Of a stretch of DNA of 64,000 nt, positions 28,856 through 40,939 are shown one piece after another; within the stretch, counting starts at the first letter, position 1; every line of letters begins with the position of its first letter. The stretch covers positions 64,001 to 128,000 of the forward strand of contig JAITVV010000007.1 of the NCBI GenBank assembly GCA_031285625.1, read 5' to 3'. The notes beneath the pieces are model-generated. The model was not told the DNA's origin and did not search any database. It worked only from the letters and a program-made list of their open reading frames with translations. Both the position numbers and the translations under genes were made by a program. The DNA comes from Prevotella sp. GTDB lineage: Bacteria; Bacteroidota; Bacteroidia; Bacteroidales; Dysgonomonadaceae.

Positions 28856-30265
28856 TTATTCTATGCCCCCACCCAGGGCTTTATACAGATTCACAGTATA
28901 TTGTAATTGTTCGAGTTTGTCACTTACCTGATTCAGCAAGGCTGATAATAAGTTCTGTTCAGCCGTTAAAACTTCGGTATAATTTGCATCCCCGGCTTTC
29001 AATAATTCCTGAGTAAAGTAAACCGAGTTTTTACAAGATTGTACTTGCTCTTCCCTGATTCCATTCTTTTTCAAAGAAGACTCAAAAGAGAACAATATAT
29101 CTGTTACTTCCTGTCCGGCTGTTAACACAGTTTGTTCAAATCCCAATAAAGCTTCCTGTTGTTGCGCCTTGGCTATTTTCAGATTTCCCGTCAGTTGTTT
29201 CTTTGCAAAAATTGGTTGCGTTAGTCCTCCTATAATACTTGCAAAAATATTTTCCGGCTTAAAGAAATTAGATAAAGTATTGGTCGTTCCATATCCTATC
29301 GAACCGGAACTAAGAGTTATCGACGGATAAAAACTTGCCTGAGCTGCGTTCGTCAACTCAAATGCCGAACGGAATGTTAGTTCTGCTTGCTGCACATCGG
29401 GCCGCTTTGCCAACATTTGAGCAGGTACGCCATAATCCAGTTGGTCAGGATACTTTTGATCGTATATTGTAGAACGGCTTATCGTTTCAGCTTTTTGTCC
29501 TAACAGTGTACATATAGAATTTTCCAGTTGTCTGATCTGACTTTCCAAATCGGGAATACTAGCCTGTGTACTGTACAATAATGATTTACTTTGTTCTACT
29601 GCCGCACCATTTTGTAATCCTGCATTTTTCAAGTCTTCCATTGTTCTTACATTCTCTTCCAGCAGCTTTACCGTTTCTATTGTTATAACCAGTTTTTCAT
29701 CCAGTGCCAGTAATGAATAGTACGATGTAGCTATATTAGCAACTAAAGATGTCTGTATTAGGTTCTTGTATGCATAGCTATTTAAAAACTGGGCATACTT
29801 TGATTTTGACTGCCTGTTCAGTTTTCCCCATATATCCAATTCCCAGCTGGCAGAGATGCCCAAAGAATAGTTTGTAGAATGATAGCCTAGCACATCTTTA
29901 CCTCTCTGACCATCACTGCTTCGTGAATGATTCACCTGTCCTACAAGCGATACATCCGGAAAATAAGCTGCCTTTGCCATACCCAAACTGGCTTCAGCCT
30001 GCTGAATACGGGTATATGCTATCTGCAAATCATAATTTTTCTCTATTCCTTTATCTATCAGAGAAATCAGATAAGGGTCAGTAAAATATTCTTTCCACGG
30101 GATATTAGCTATAGTAGTCGTATCAGTACTATTATTATCTCTAAACAACTTTTCTGTACTCACTTCAGGTGTTTCATACCGGTTCATCACCTGACAGGAT
30201 GGAAATCCTATCAGGGCTATGAGCCCCAATAGAATAATTCCTTTTTTATATTTGTTCATAATCAT
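28856..30265 (-). CDS. Efflux outer-membrane factor lipoprotein (TolC/OprM family)
   Basis: Lipobox FPSC, ASWELDIWGKL, RPDVQQAE, LYKALGGG. Confidence 0.93.
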   Translation of the reverse strand: MIMNKYKKGIILLGLIALIGFPSCQVMNRYETPEVSTEKLFRDNNSTDTTTIANIPWKEYFTDPYLISLIDKGIEKNYDLQIAYTRIQQAEASLGMAKAAYFPDVSLVGQVNHSRSSDGQRGKDVLGYHSTNYSLGISASWELDIWGKLNRQSKSKYAQFLNSYAYKNLIQTSLVANIATSYYSLLALDEKLVITIETVKLLEENVRTMEDLKNAGLQNGAAVEQSKSLLYSTQASIPDLESQIRQLENSICTLLGQKAETISRSTIYDQKYPDQLDYGVPAQMLAKRPDVQQAELTFRSAFELTNAAQASFYPSITLSSGSIGYGTTNTLSNFFKPENIFASIIGGLTQPIFAKKQLTGNLKIAKAQQQEALLGFEQTVLTAGQEVTDILFSFESSLKKNGIREEQVQSCKNSVYFTQELLKAGDANYTEVLTAEQNLLSALLNQVSDKLEQLQYTVNLYKALGGGIE

Positions 30266-33200
30266 TTCTTATTTTGTTGTGCTATAAATTCATCATTAGA
30301 ATTAATCATACCCGATTTACTAAACTTGTCTTGTATAGACTGGAATATGATATAGAGAGAAGGAATTACCAATACCCCGATAAGTGTACCAATAAGCATA
30401 CCTCCGATTGCACTGATACCTATCGAACGGTTACCGATTGCTCCCGCCCCGGTGGAAATAGCCAATGGCAATAATCCGAATATGAAGGCAAAGGATGTCA
30501 TCAGGATAGGACGGAAACGGGCTACTGCTCCATTTACAGCTGCATCAATAATACTCATTCCCTGTTGCCGGCGTTGTATAGCATATTCTACAATCAGAAT
30601 AGCATTTTTGGCTAACAATCCGATAAGCATAATCAGCGATATCTGTACATAAATATTATTAGTAATACCCTGACTCAAACCAAATGCTGAAAGGAATATA
30701 AATACTCCTGCAAGCCCTACAGGTAATGAGAAAATAACGGCCAACGGTAAGATATAGCTCTCATACAGAGCTGCCAACAGCAAGTAGACGAATATCAGAC
30801 ACAACCCGAATATAAGTACTGTCTGACTGCTGCTTTCGGCCTCTTCACGTGTCATACCTGAAAATTCATAACTATATCCTGATGGCAATGCTTGCCCTTT
30901 TACTTCCTCTATAGCTTTGATTACATCACCTGAACTGAATCCACCCTGATAATTAGGTATAATGGTCAGTTCCATAGATGAATAGAGGTTGAAACGTGTA
31001 CGGGTTTCTGGTCCGGTAACATCAGTTATAGTAAGGAACTCTGTTACAGGAGCCATTTCTCCACTCGCAGTTTTTACAAATAACCCGTCCAAATCTTCCA
31101 ATTTCGAGCGGTATTCAGGTGCAGCCTGTACCATTACCCTGAATTGTTTCCCATACAAGTTGAAATTTGATATATACTGACTGCCTATATATGCCTGTAG
31201 GGCTCCCATAACATCACTGAGTGTTATACCGGCATCTTTAATTTTAGGCATATTTGCTTCCAGCTGTTTTTGAGGGAAATTGGGATTAAACGTTGTCATA
31301 GCCATCATCACCTCTTCCCGCTGATTCATCCTTGCCAGGAAGTCATTTGTAACGTCATAGAACTTATAAATGTCGCCACCTGTACGGTCTTGCAGATTTA
31401 CTGATACCCCGTTACTCAAACCAAATCCCATAATAGTAGGCGTACCGAAGAACATAAAGGTAGCATTATTAATAGATTTTGTTTTCTCAGTCATAATAGC
31501 AGCTATTTCATTTGCTGTGATTTTTCGTTCGTCCCAATGATCCATCTTGATGATAACAGACCCATATGAACTACCCATCCCACTCATAAAACTAACTCCA
31601 CTAAGGCTACCTATATTCTTCACTTCAGGGATTTCGTTTGCCATTTCGTTGATTACCTGTACTATCGAGTCAGTTCTTTCCAGAGATGAACCGGGAGGCA
31701 GTGTTATCATACCCATTACTCCACCACTATCTTCCTGTGGAACAAATCCGGTAGGTAATACCTTCATTAAACCAAAGAGTATAATAGAGCTTACCAGTAT
31801 AATACCAACAGTTATCCAACGATGCCCTTTTTTGCCTAAGAAAATAAGAGATTTCTTATATTTTGAAGTTGTCGCATTAAAACCTATATTGAAGAAATAA
31901 TAAAATCTCCTGATAAAACTCTTCTTCTCATGGCTTTCATCATGTGGTTTCAGGAAAAGAGCGCACAATGCAGGGCTCAGTGTCAATGCATTTACAGCCG
32001 AGATAAAGATGGCAACAGCCAGTGTTAATCCAAATTGTTTATAGAATATACCACTTGTTCCACCGATAAAGCTTACAGGAATAAATACTGACGCCATAAC
32101 CAGTGTAATGGATATAATAGCAGGCGCGATTTCACCCATTGCCTTTATAGATGCCTCCTTAGGATCTTTTGTACCGTTTTCGAGTTCGGCATGTACAGCC
32201 TCAACAACTACAATTGCATCATCGACCACTATACCGATAGCCAGCACCAAGGCAAAAAGTGTAAGCAAGTTGATAGAGAATCCCATTATCCACAAAAAGA
32301 AGAATGTACCGACAATTGCTACAGGTACAGCTATGGCAGGGATAAGTGTCGACCTGAAATCCTGAAGAAATACAAATACTACAAGGAAAACCAATAGGAA
32401 TGCTTCGAGCAAAGTGGTAATAACCTTGTTGATAGATGCATTGAGGAAATCGCTGACATCCATCAGATAAGTAATTTTCACTCCCGGAGGAAAGTCTTCC
32501 TGTGCCTTTTCTAATTCTGCTTTTACATTTTTGATAACCTCCTGTGCATTCGAACCCGCTGTCTGGCTGATAGCCATCATAATGGATGCCTTCCCATCAG
32601 TTAACGTGGATACGCTATACATCAAAGAGCCTAACTCTATATCAGCTACATCACTGAGCCTTACTATCTTTCCTTCTGATGAACGGATAATTATATCCTC
32701 AAATTCTTCGACCGAAGATAACCGGCCTGTATATTTCAATGTATACTGAAATGCCTGATTGCTGTTTTCACCCAATTGACCAGGAGCAGCCTCAATATTC
32801 TGATCCTGAAGTGCACTGACAACTTCACCTGTTGATATTTTATATGAAGCCATTACATCAGGCTTAAGCCATATCCTCATCGAATAATCATTAGCCCCGA
32901 ATACTGTAGCATTCCCAACACCATACACACGTTTTATCTGTGGAATAATATTAATATTGGCATAGTTTTGCAAAAACTTGGCATCATAATCAGGATTGTC
33001 TGAAACAAAAGACATCATCAGAATATTACTTGTCTGTTGTTTCCGCACAGTTACCCCTGTTTGAGTTACCTCGGCAGGTAATAATGAAGAAGCTTGATTT
33101 ACAAGATTCTGCACATTTACTGTTGCCATATCAGGGTTGGTTCCTTGTTTGAAGTAAACTGTTATACTGGCAGAACCTGTTTCAGCTGATGAAGTCATAT

Positions 33201-33429
33201 ATGTCATTCCTTCAACACCATTAATGGCTTCCTCCAACGGTATAATAACACTGTTCATGATCACATCGGAGTTTGCTCCGCTGTATGATGCTTCTACCTG
33301 TACTGTAGGAGGTGCAATATCCGGATACTGCTCTATAGGTAGCATATTAAGTCCGATTATACCCAAAACCACAATAATAATGGATATTACAGTGGATAAT
33401 ACAGGGCGTTCTATAAATGTTTTAAGCAT
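30262..33429 (-). CDS. RND efflux permease (AcrB/HAE1 family)
   Basis: FIERPV, QYPDIAPP, AIGIVVDDAIVVVE, AKNAILIVE, RFRPILMTS. Confidence 0.96.
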   Translation of the reverse strand: MLKTFIERPVLSTVISIIIVVLGIIGLNMLPIEQYPDIAPPTVQVEASYSGANSDVIMNSVIIPLEEAINGVEGMTYMTSSAETGSASITVYFKQGTNPDMATVNVQNLVNQASSLLPAEVTQTGVTVRKQQTSNILMMSFVSDNPDYDAKFLQNYANINIIPQIKRVYGVGNATVFGANDYSMRIWLKPDVMASYKISTGEVVSALQDQNIEAAPGQLGENSNQAFQYTLKYTGRLSSVEEFEDIIIRSSEGKIVRLSDVADIELGSLMYSVSTLTDGKASIMMAISQTAGSNAQEVIKNVKAELEKAQEDFPPGVKITYLMDVSDFLNASINKVITTLLEAFLLVFLVVFVFLQDFRSTLIPAIAVPVAIVGTFFFLWIMGFSINLLTLFALVLAIGIVVDDAIVVVEAVHAELENGTKDPKEASIKAMGEIAPAIISITLVMASVFIPVSFIGGTSGIFYKQFGLTLAVAIFISAVNALTLSPALCALFLKPHDESHEKKSFIRRFYYFFNIGFNATTSKYKKSLIFLGKKGHRWITVGIILVSSIILFGLMKVLPTGFVPQEDSGGVMGMITLPPGSSLERTDSIVQVINEMANEIPEVKNIGSLSGVSFMSGMGSSYGSVIIKMDHWDERKITANEIAAIMTEKTKSINNATFMFFGTPTIMGFGLSNGVSVNLQDRTGGDIYKFYDVTNDFLARMNQREEVMMAMTTFNPNFPQKQLEANMPKIKDAGITLSDVMGALQAYIGSQYISNFNLYGKQFRVMVQAAPEYRSKLEDLDGLFVKTASGEMAPVTEFLTITDVTGPETRTRFNLYSSMELTIIPNYQGGFSSGDVIKAIEEVKGQALPSGYSYEFSGMTREEAESSSQTVLIFGLCLIFVYLLLAALYESYILPLAVIFSLPVGLAGVFIFLSAFGLSQGITNNIYVQISLIMLIGLLAKNAILIVEYAIQRRQQGMSIIDAAVNGAVARFRPILMTSFAFIFGLLPLAISTGAGAIGNRSIGISAIGGMLIGTLIGVLVIPSLYIIFQSIQDKFSKSGMINSNDEFIAQQNKK

Positions 33430-33515
33430 ATTTTTATTGATTTTTAGGGTTATACATCCCCTACTCTCCCAAAAAACAAGGAGAGCAAAAGATGTATATT
33501 ATTTGAATACTTTAT

Positions 33516-34646
33516 TTAATTAGAGGCAGTTAAGTTCTCTTTGACATTTATCTTCATCCCGTTTCTGAGAGTAGCTACACCATCCGAAACTATCTTATCA
33601 TTGGCAGACAACCCTCCTATTACAGCATAGTCCTGTCCATTAGGCATCGACTGAACCGATATAATCTGCTGTTGCACTGAGTCCCCTTCCAGTTTGTAAA
33701 CAAGTACTTTATCCTGCTGGCTGAATGTAGCTTTCTGAGGAATTACAAATACATCATTAAGGATTTTAGGTATAACTATCTTACCACTTGTTCCACTTCT
33801 CAGTTTGCCCGACTTATTAGGAAACTCTGCCCTGAAATTTGCAGTACCTGTAGTTATATCCACAGTACCTGTAATTGTTTCAATACGTCCCTGTTCTGCA
33901 TACTCAGAACCATCAGCAAGGAAGAGTGAAACAGGAGGCATGTTTTTTATTTTCTCAGATTGTGTAGAGCCCTCTACTCCTTCCAGAAATTCCATTAACT
34001 TTCGCTCATTCAATGAGAAGTAGGCATACACGTTTCCGGTGTTAGCTATTGTAGTGAGTGTATTGCTACTGTTTACCAGACTTCCCGAACGGAAAGGAAT
34101 GGAACCTACGACGCCGTCGACAGGGCTTGTTACAGTTGTCCAGCTCATTGTTATCTGGGCATTCTTTAGTGTAGCTTCTGCCTGTTGAAGGGAAGCTAAT
34201 GCCGTTTCATAAGCATTCTCATATGTTAACAATTGTACTTCACTAACAATACCTTTTTCAGCTAAAGGACGGTAACGGTCAACATTTACTTTTGCCGTAT
34301 TAACTTGTGCTCTTTCGCTGTTGATGGCTGCCTTAGCGGAAGATAATGCCTGCTCAGACGAAGGCGAGTTTATCCTGAATAACACCTGGCCTGCTTTCAC
34401 AACAGAACCCTCATCTACATAAATGGCTTCTATAAAACCTTCGACTCTCGGTTTCACTTCTATATCTTCTTGCCCTTTAATAGTAGCAGGATATACAGAC
34501 TGCATATTAGCATCCTGTGTATACATCGCCATTACCGGATATTCCTGAGCCGGTGCTTCCTGGTTTGCTTGATTGTTACCTCCACATGAGGCTAGTCCAA
34601 ACAGAGCTATTACTCCGCTAAAAATCATTTTTACTTTCATCATCAT
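33516..34646 (-). CDS. RND periplasmic adaptor (MFP) lipoprotein
   Basis: Lipobox LASC; VKPRVEG.I..I.VDEG..VKAGQ.LF lipoyl motif; TTGT...RAEFPN. Confidence 0.94.
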   Translation of the reverse strand: MMMKVKMIFSGVIALFGLASCGGNNQANQEAPAQEYPVMAMYTQDANMQSVYPATIKGQEDIEVKPRVEGFIEAIYVDEGSVVKAGQVLFRINSPSSEQALSSAKAAINSERAQVNTAKVNVDRYRPLAEKGIVSEVQLLTYENAYETALASLQQAEATLKNAQITMSWTTVTSPVDGVVGSIPFRSGSLVNSSNTLTTIANTGNVYAYFSLNERKLMEFLEGVEGSTQSEKIKNMPPVSLFLADGSEYAEQGRIETITGTVDITTGTANFRAEFPNKSGKLRSGTSGKIVIPKILNDVFVIPQKATFSQQDKVLVYKLEGDSVQQQIISVQSMPNGQDYAVIGGLSANDKIVSDGVATLRNGMKINVKENLTASN

Positions 34647-35101
34647 TAATTATTTAGTTTGTTCAATTCATTGGAAAGTACTAATAGTTGGCTTGTGAGA
34701 TTTTCCTCATCAATATTGCGGTATATATTATTGCAACATGATAGCATCTTTGCAGATGCCATTTTATAAAGAATGTTCCCTTTCTCTGTCAACTCAATGT
34801 ATATTACTCTCGTATTTACAGTTCCCCGTACACGTGTAATTATATTATTTTTTTCCAGATTGCGTAGAATAGTAGAAATAGTCATTGGGTCTATCCCTGT
34901 TTCTTCCGATAGGTCTATCTGTATAATTTCTTTTTTATAATTACCCAAATGACAAATGGCAGACAATACTTCATACTGAGATCCTGTCAGATCGAATTCA
35001 TCCAATATCTGTTTTTTAGTTCTCATCCATAGTTTAAAAACATGTCCGATCAGTGAATCAACATTAATACCTCTCATATTCATTATTTTAACTTTTTCCA
35101 T
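34646..35101 (-). CDS. MarR family regulator
   Basis: LTGSQYEVL...Q.DLS...IDPMTISTILRNLEK...TR...ELTEKG; ATG 35101 preferred; TAATG overlap with the MFP gene. Confidence 0.88.
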   Translation of the reverse strand: MEKVKIMNMRGINVDSLIGHVFKLWMRTKKQILDEFDLTGSQYEVLSAICHLGNYKKEIIQIDLSEETGIDPMTISTILRNLEKNNIITRVRGTVNTRVIYIELTEKGNILYKMASAKMLSCCNNIYRNIDEENLTSQLLVLSNELNKLNN

Positions 35102-35382
35102 TATATTATAAATTGGGATTATAAGTACACTTATTTTCGAGGGCGAAATTCGGGAAGTATCATAACCTTTCAAAAAAAAATCAATGAACACAAAAATTAT
35201 CTGTATGAAACCCTCACAGATATCCAACAACCCTGTTTCATATAGAAAATCACGAGGAAATTAGTTTTCGTTGATTTTTTAGATAAATTGGTAGAGAGTT
35301 CCAGGCTATTGATTGAAATTATTTGCTTTTATATTCTGATTATTACTACATTTAAATCAGTTTTATAATCTGATACTGATTT

Positions 35383-36453
35383 ATGAATAGAATAATAAAT
35401 TATATACGTTCCTCGACTACACTACAATCGATACTTATCTGGATAATTGTTTATTTAATCGGATTTATACAAAATCTCTGGATAAGTGTAGAATGGTCGT
35501 TAAAAGTAGGTACATTGAATTTTATCTGTGTACTAAGTTTATATTATATAACTTATAAGATACTGATACCTAAACTTCTGATAAGAGGAAGGAAGGTATG
35601 GTATTTTCTTTTTTCATTTGCATTGATTGTATTATCAGCTAATATCTGTGCCAGATTCGAGGTATATATGTTTGAGAGTCTCAAAATAGAAATCGACCAT
35701 GAGTTCAGATTCGTCTTTTCAATATCAAGATATGCTACCATTCTTATACTGACATATTCCATATCCAATATAATTTTCTTTACCAGAAAAACGACCGAGG
35801 ATGCAAAGCAGAAAGAGAAATTACTATCAGAAAAAAATATACTTGAAGTCAGGGTGCTAAAATCTCAAATCAATTCCCATTTTATATTCAATGCATTGAA
35901 TAATATCTATTCTATGACTTATTTTAAGGACGAGTACACTTCAGGATATGTACTGAAACTAGGACAAATGATGCGGTACGTAATGGAGGATTGTGAAACC
36001 GAGTTAACCCCATTATCGAAGGAGATAGAATATATTGAGAATTTTATAGATTTTCAGAAACTACGTTTTGAGAACGATAAGAATATAACATTTACCTGCA
36101 AAGTAGAAGATAATACAAATATTTCAGTACCTCCGATGCTCTTCCAGCCATTAGTGGAAAATTGTTTCAAACATACTCCTCTCGAAGTAGATAAAAACAG
36201 CTACATACATATTTTGCTGGAGGTAAGAGAAATGCAAATATATTTTGTTGCCGAAAACAGCCAGCCACTTATTAAAAACACGCCTACACAAAATGATACA
36301 GGTATAGGTATTGAGAATGTGAAGAGAAGACTGGAGCTATATTATGAAAATAATTATACACTGGATATTTCTAATAATCCCGATTCTTTCAAAGTAGAAT
36401 TATCCATCAATTTACAAACATCACAAGACAAAAAACATGGTGGAAATATTTAA
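35383..36453 (+). CDS. LytS-type sensor histidine kinase
   Basis: Four TM segments; LKSQINSHFIFNALNNI; PLVENCFKH; GIGIENVKRRL. Confidence 0.93.
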   Translation: MNRIINYIRSSTTLQSILIWIIVYLIGFIQNLWISVEWSLKVGTLNFICVLSLYYITYKILIPKLLIRGRKVWYFLFSFALIVLSANICARFEVYMFESLKIEIDHEFRFVFSISRYATILILTYSISNIIFFTRKTTEDAKQKEKLLSEKNILEVRVLKSQINSHFIFNALNNIYSMTYFKDEYTSGYVLKLGQMMRYVMEDCETELTPLSKEIEYIENFIDFQKLRFENDKNITFTCKVEDNTNISVPPMLFQPLVENCFKHTPLEVDKNSYIHILLEVREMQIYFVAENSQPLIKNTPTQNDTGIGIENVKRRLELYYENNYTLDISNNPDSFKVELSINLQTSQDKKHGGNI

Positions 36454-37165
36454 GGTTCTTATAGTTGATGATGAATATCACGCCCGAAAATTATTGTCGG
36501 AATATGTTTCGAAACTACCTTTCCTCGAATTGGTAGGAAAAGCTGCAAATGTATTTGAAGCAATGGATGTTTTGCGAAAGGAGAAAGTTGATATCATGTT
36601 ATCTGACATACAGATGCCTGAGATAACAGGGTTGGAATTTATACGTAGTCTCAAAAATCCTCCATCTATAATATTTACCACAGCCTATTCGGAATATGCT
36701 GTAGAGAGCTATGAATTGGATGTTGTCGATTATCTGCTCAAGCCTATAGCATTTCCCCGATTTTTGCAGGCAATCAATAAAGTTATAGAAAGAAGGAGTA
36801 ACGATATTCCTGAAAAGGCTGTAATCAATAATATCGAGAGGCAAGTTGAAAGCCAGGAAGAAGAAAGCATAGTTGTGAAAAGCGGATATAAATTTTACAG
36901 AATAAATTATAATGACTTACTCTATATAGAGGGTCAGAGGGAGTACGTTACTTTTCACAATACAAAACAACGTATTACCACACTTGCATCCTTAAAAGAT
37001 CTGGAAGAAAAACTTCCATCCAGCCGATTTATAAGAGTACATAAATCCTATATTGTTTCAATCAAGCATATAGAACTGATAGACAAAAATATCCTTCATA
37101 TTAGCGGACAGAAACTTCCGGTTGGAGGTAGTTATAAAGACCGGCTTATGAAAATATTTGAATAG
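36437..37165 (+). CDS. LytTR-family response regulator
   Basis: IVDDE, DIQMP, DYLLKP, FIRVHKSYIV. Confidence 0.95.
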   Translation: MVEIFKVLIVDDEYHARKLLSEYVSKLPFLELVGKAANVFEAMDVLRKEKVDIMLSDIQMPEITGLEFIRSLKNPPSIIFTTAYSEYAVESYELDVVDYLLKPIAFPRFLQAINKVIERRSNDIPEKAVINNIERQVESQEEESIVVKSGYKFYRINYNDLLYIEGQREYVTFHNTKQRITTLASLKDLEEKLPSSRFIRVHKSYIVSIKHIELIDKNILHISGQKLPVGGSYKDRLMKIFE

Positions 37166-37202
37166 GCCACTAAACAATTCACCTACAAACAATTATGCAT
37201 CA

Positions 37203-39662
37203 TTATTTTACATTTATTTGAATTTTGGCAGATTGAACACCCTTCGCTTTAGCTTCTAAGATTAATTTCCCACCATGTTCACCAGCTTGTACGATAGTAG
37301 TCAGTTGTCCGTTAAATAAAGGCATCCGGGGTAAGTGAAACAAATCGAGACTTGTCGGATTTCCGTTTGCCGAAGCACGATATTTGCCACTTCCCTTTAC
37401 CATGAAAGTTACCATCCTTTGATCATCCGGACAAGGATTACCATCCTTATCTACTATCCGTACGTTCACATAAGCCAAATCTCTGCCATCGGCAAAAAGT
37501 TGTGTACGGTCAGGAGTCAATTCGATATGATGGGGCTTACCTGCTGTACGTATTATTTTTTCTTCTACGGTTTTACCTTGTGTATCATATGCAATTACTT
37601 TCACCTCTCCCGGTTCGTAAATAGCATCTGTCCACATCAGACGGTAACGATTCTCCAAGGTTGAACTATTTTTGCTTTGCTTTCCATAACTTTTACCATT
37701 GATAAACAGTTCTGCTGATGGATAATTCGTATACACAAAGACTGGCGTTTTCTGCCCCTCACGCCCCTTCCAGTTCCAATGGGGGAGGATATGTAATGTA
37801 TTTTCATTCTTATTCCATATACTTCTGTACAAATAATATCTGTCTTTGGGGATACTTGCAAGATCTATAATGCCAAACATAGAACTATGACTAGGCCATG
37901 CATCGGTATTGTAAGGAGACGGTTCTCCCAGATAATCGAACCCAGTCCACACAAACTGTCCCATTGTCCAATCGTAATCGTCTGCCAGTGCAAAATCCTC
38001 ATCAGGAATATTTGACCATGAACAATATTCAAGATCATAAGACGATGATTGATGGTCTTCATACAAGGCATCAGCTTTTTTCTCTACAGGGAATTTATAT
38101 ACTCCGCGTGAACTAACTGTAGATGAGGTTTCGGAACCCAACACAAGATTTTGAGGTAGTTTTTCATACGTTTCTTTGTAACGCTGTGTTCTGTAATTTA
38201 GCCCCGGCACATCAATCATTGCCGCAAATCCATTATTCAATACGCATGTAACCTGATCCATACCACACGTTACAGGACGGGTAGGGTCTTCACGGTGACA
38301 TATATCCTGCAAGAAAGATGCGACCTTATACCCCTCATCACTACACTGTGTAGGTACTTCATTACCAATGCTCCACATAACTACACTGGCATTATTACGG
38401 TAATTGCGTAGCATATTTACCATATCTTTTTCAGCCCATTCATCAAAGAACCTGTGGTAACCGTTTTTGCATTTGGCGATATCCCATTCATCAAAAGGTT
38501 CTATCATCATCATGAAGCCCATTTCATCACATAGTTCGACCAGTTCAGGCGCAGGCATATTATGGGCGGTACGAATAGCATCGCACCCCATATCTTTAAG
38601 CAATGTAAGTTGGCGACGCAAGGCGGCAACATTAATGGCAGCACCCAAAGGTCCCAGATCGTGATGATTACATACTCCCTGAAATTTTCGCCGCTCACCG
38701 TTCAAAAAGAATCCTCTATCAGCTATTAGTTTTATATCACGTATACCAAAACGAGTGGTATATTCATCTACCAACTGGCCTTTTATATATATTTTTGAAA
38801 CAGCATTGTACAGATAAGGGCTTTCTGGAGACCATAACCGAGGTTTATCGACTATAAAATTCTGCTCAAAAGGTTTTCCATGATTTATTTTCTGAGTGTT
38901 ATCTTTTGACGAAACAATCTTATTATTTGCATCACGAATCTCAGTGTAAACCCTAACATCCTGTCCATCACTATTTCTTATTTCTGTTTTCAGATTTACG
39001 GAAGCATAGTCTTTTGATACAAAAGGAGTTGTAATATATGTTCCCCACACAGGCACATGTATTCTTTCCGTCACAATAACATGTACATTACGGTACAGGC
39101 CTGCACCCGGATACCAGCGTGAAGATTCGGGCTTGTTTTCGAGACGGACAGCGATTCTGTTCCCTTTCCCATCCGGATTTAGTAAATCCGTCACATCACA
39201 ATGAAAAGAATTATAACCAAAAGGCCAGAAAATCGCCTCTTTTCCGTTCACATATACACGCGCTTCGCTCATAGCTCCATCAAAAAGTAGATTAACATGG
39301 CTTCTCCCTTTTACGAAGTTATTTATATCAAATGTATTTCTATACCATCCTGTACCGATATAGGGCAATCCTCCCGTACGTCCGGTTTTTACGGTAGCAA
39401 CAGTTTCCCCGTTTTGAGTAATGGCCACTTCCTGTAAATCGTATTTACGGTCGAAAGGTCCATATATGGCCCAATCATGAGGTACGGTCACCACTTGCCA
39501 ATTTGTATCATCAAAATTATTTTGTGCGGCATCAGGAAAATCACCTTTGCTGAATTTCCAGTTCTTTTCTATAAGAAACTCATGCCTGGATGATTGTGAG
39601 TTACCTATGCTGACATGCAAAAAAGTGATTAAAAGTAGTGCAGAGTATTTAAGATATTTCAT
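37203..39662 (-). CDS. GH2 beta-galactosidase
   Basis: Signal peptide; VPHDWAI, HHDLGPLG, IRTAHN, WSIGNE, GSET, WTGFDYLGEP. Confidence 0.92.
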   Translation of the reverse strand: MKYLKYSALLLITFLHVSIGNSQSSRHEFLIEKNWKFSKGDFPDAAQNNFDDTNWQVVTVPHDWAIYGPFDRKYDLQEVAITQNGETVATVKTGRTGGLPYIGTGWYRNTFDINNFVKGRSHVNLLFDGAMSEARVYVNGKEAIFWPFGYNSFHCDVTDLLNPDGKGNRIAVRLENKPESSRWYPGAGLYRNVHVIVTERIHVPVWGTYITTPFVSKDYASVNLKTEIRNSDGQDVRVYTEIRDANNKIVSSKDNTQKINHGKPFEQNFIVDKPRLWSPESPYLYNAVSKIYIKGQLVDEYTTRFGIRDIKLIADRGFFLNGERRKFQGVCNHHDLGPLGAAINVAALRRQLTLLKDMGCDAIRTAHNMPAPELVELCDEMGFMMMIEPFDEWDIAKCKNGYHRFFDEWAEKDMVNMLRNYRNNASVVMWSIGNEVPTQCSDEGYKVASFLQDICHREDPTRPVTCGMDQVTCVLNNGFAAMIDVPGLNYRTQRYKETYEKLPQNLVLGSETSSTVSSRGVYKFPVEKKADALYEDHQSSSYDLEYCSWSNIPDEDFALADDYDWTMGQFVWTGFDYLGEPSPYNTDAWPSHSSMFGIIDLASIPKDRYYLYRSIWNKNENTLHILPHWNWKGREGQKTPVFVYTNYPSAELFINGKSYGKQSKNSSTLENRYRLMWTDAIYEPGEVKVIAYDTQGKTVEEKIIRTAGKPHHIELTPDRTQLFADGRDLAYVNVRIVDKDGNPCPDDQRMVTFMVKGSGKYRASANGNPTSLDLFHLPRMPLFNGQLTTIVQAGEHGGKLILEAKAKGVQSAKIQINVK

Positions 39663-39727
39663 ATTTTAAGTGTTTTTACTTATGGTAAACTTATGGTAAC
39701 AAAAGTAAGGTAAATCACTGAAAGCAA

Positions 39728-39757
39728 AAAACATGTAAATCTCAATTTACATGTTTT
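39728..39757. promoter_or_regulatory. Perfect palindrome upstream of the GH2 promoter (operator or terminator)
   Basis: aaaacatgtaaat-ctca-atttacatgtttt, 20 nt upstream of the minus-strand TACTTTTG box at 39700-39707. Confidence 0.5.
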
Positions 39758-39893
39758 ATTTAATAAAATCTGCGAGCAATTGCAAGCTCATGCACAGGAG
39801 GATTCTTCATCTTATTGATGAATTCTTCTATCACAGGTAATATAGCTTCTGCAGATGTATCCTCGTTTTTTTGTTTTTTATCATTCTATGATT

Positions 39894-40748
<855 letters not shown>

Positions 40749-40857
40749 TTATATTTTTAATATAACAAAGTTAGAACATAAAAAGATGACAGACTATTGT
40801 CATTCAAACCATAATTTATCCGAATCAAACAATTATACATTTCCCAGCAAAAACAAA

Positions 40858-40884
40858 ACCTGCGAATCATCGCGACTCACAGGC
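40858..40884 (-). terminator. Intrinsic terminator of the three-paralog operon
   Basis: Minus-strand GCCUGUGAGUC-GCGAU-GAUUCGCAGGU followed by UUUGUUUUU. Confidence 0.7.
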
Positions 40885-40939
40885 ATTTAACTTAACACAA
40901 ACTTTACAAAAAAACTAGACAATAGACAAGCATGTGATT

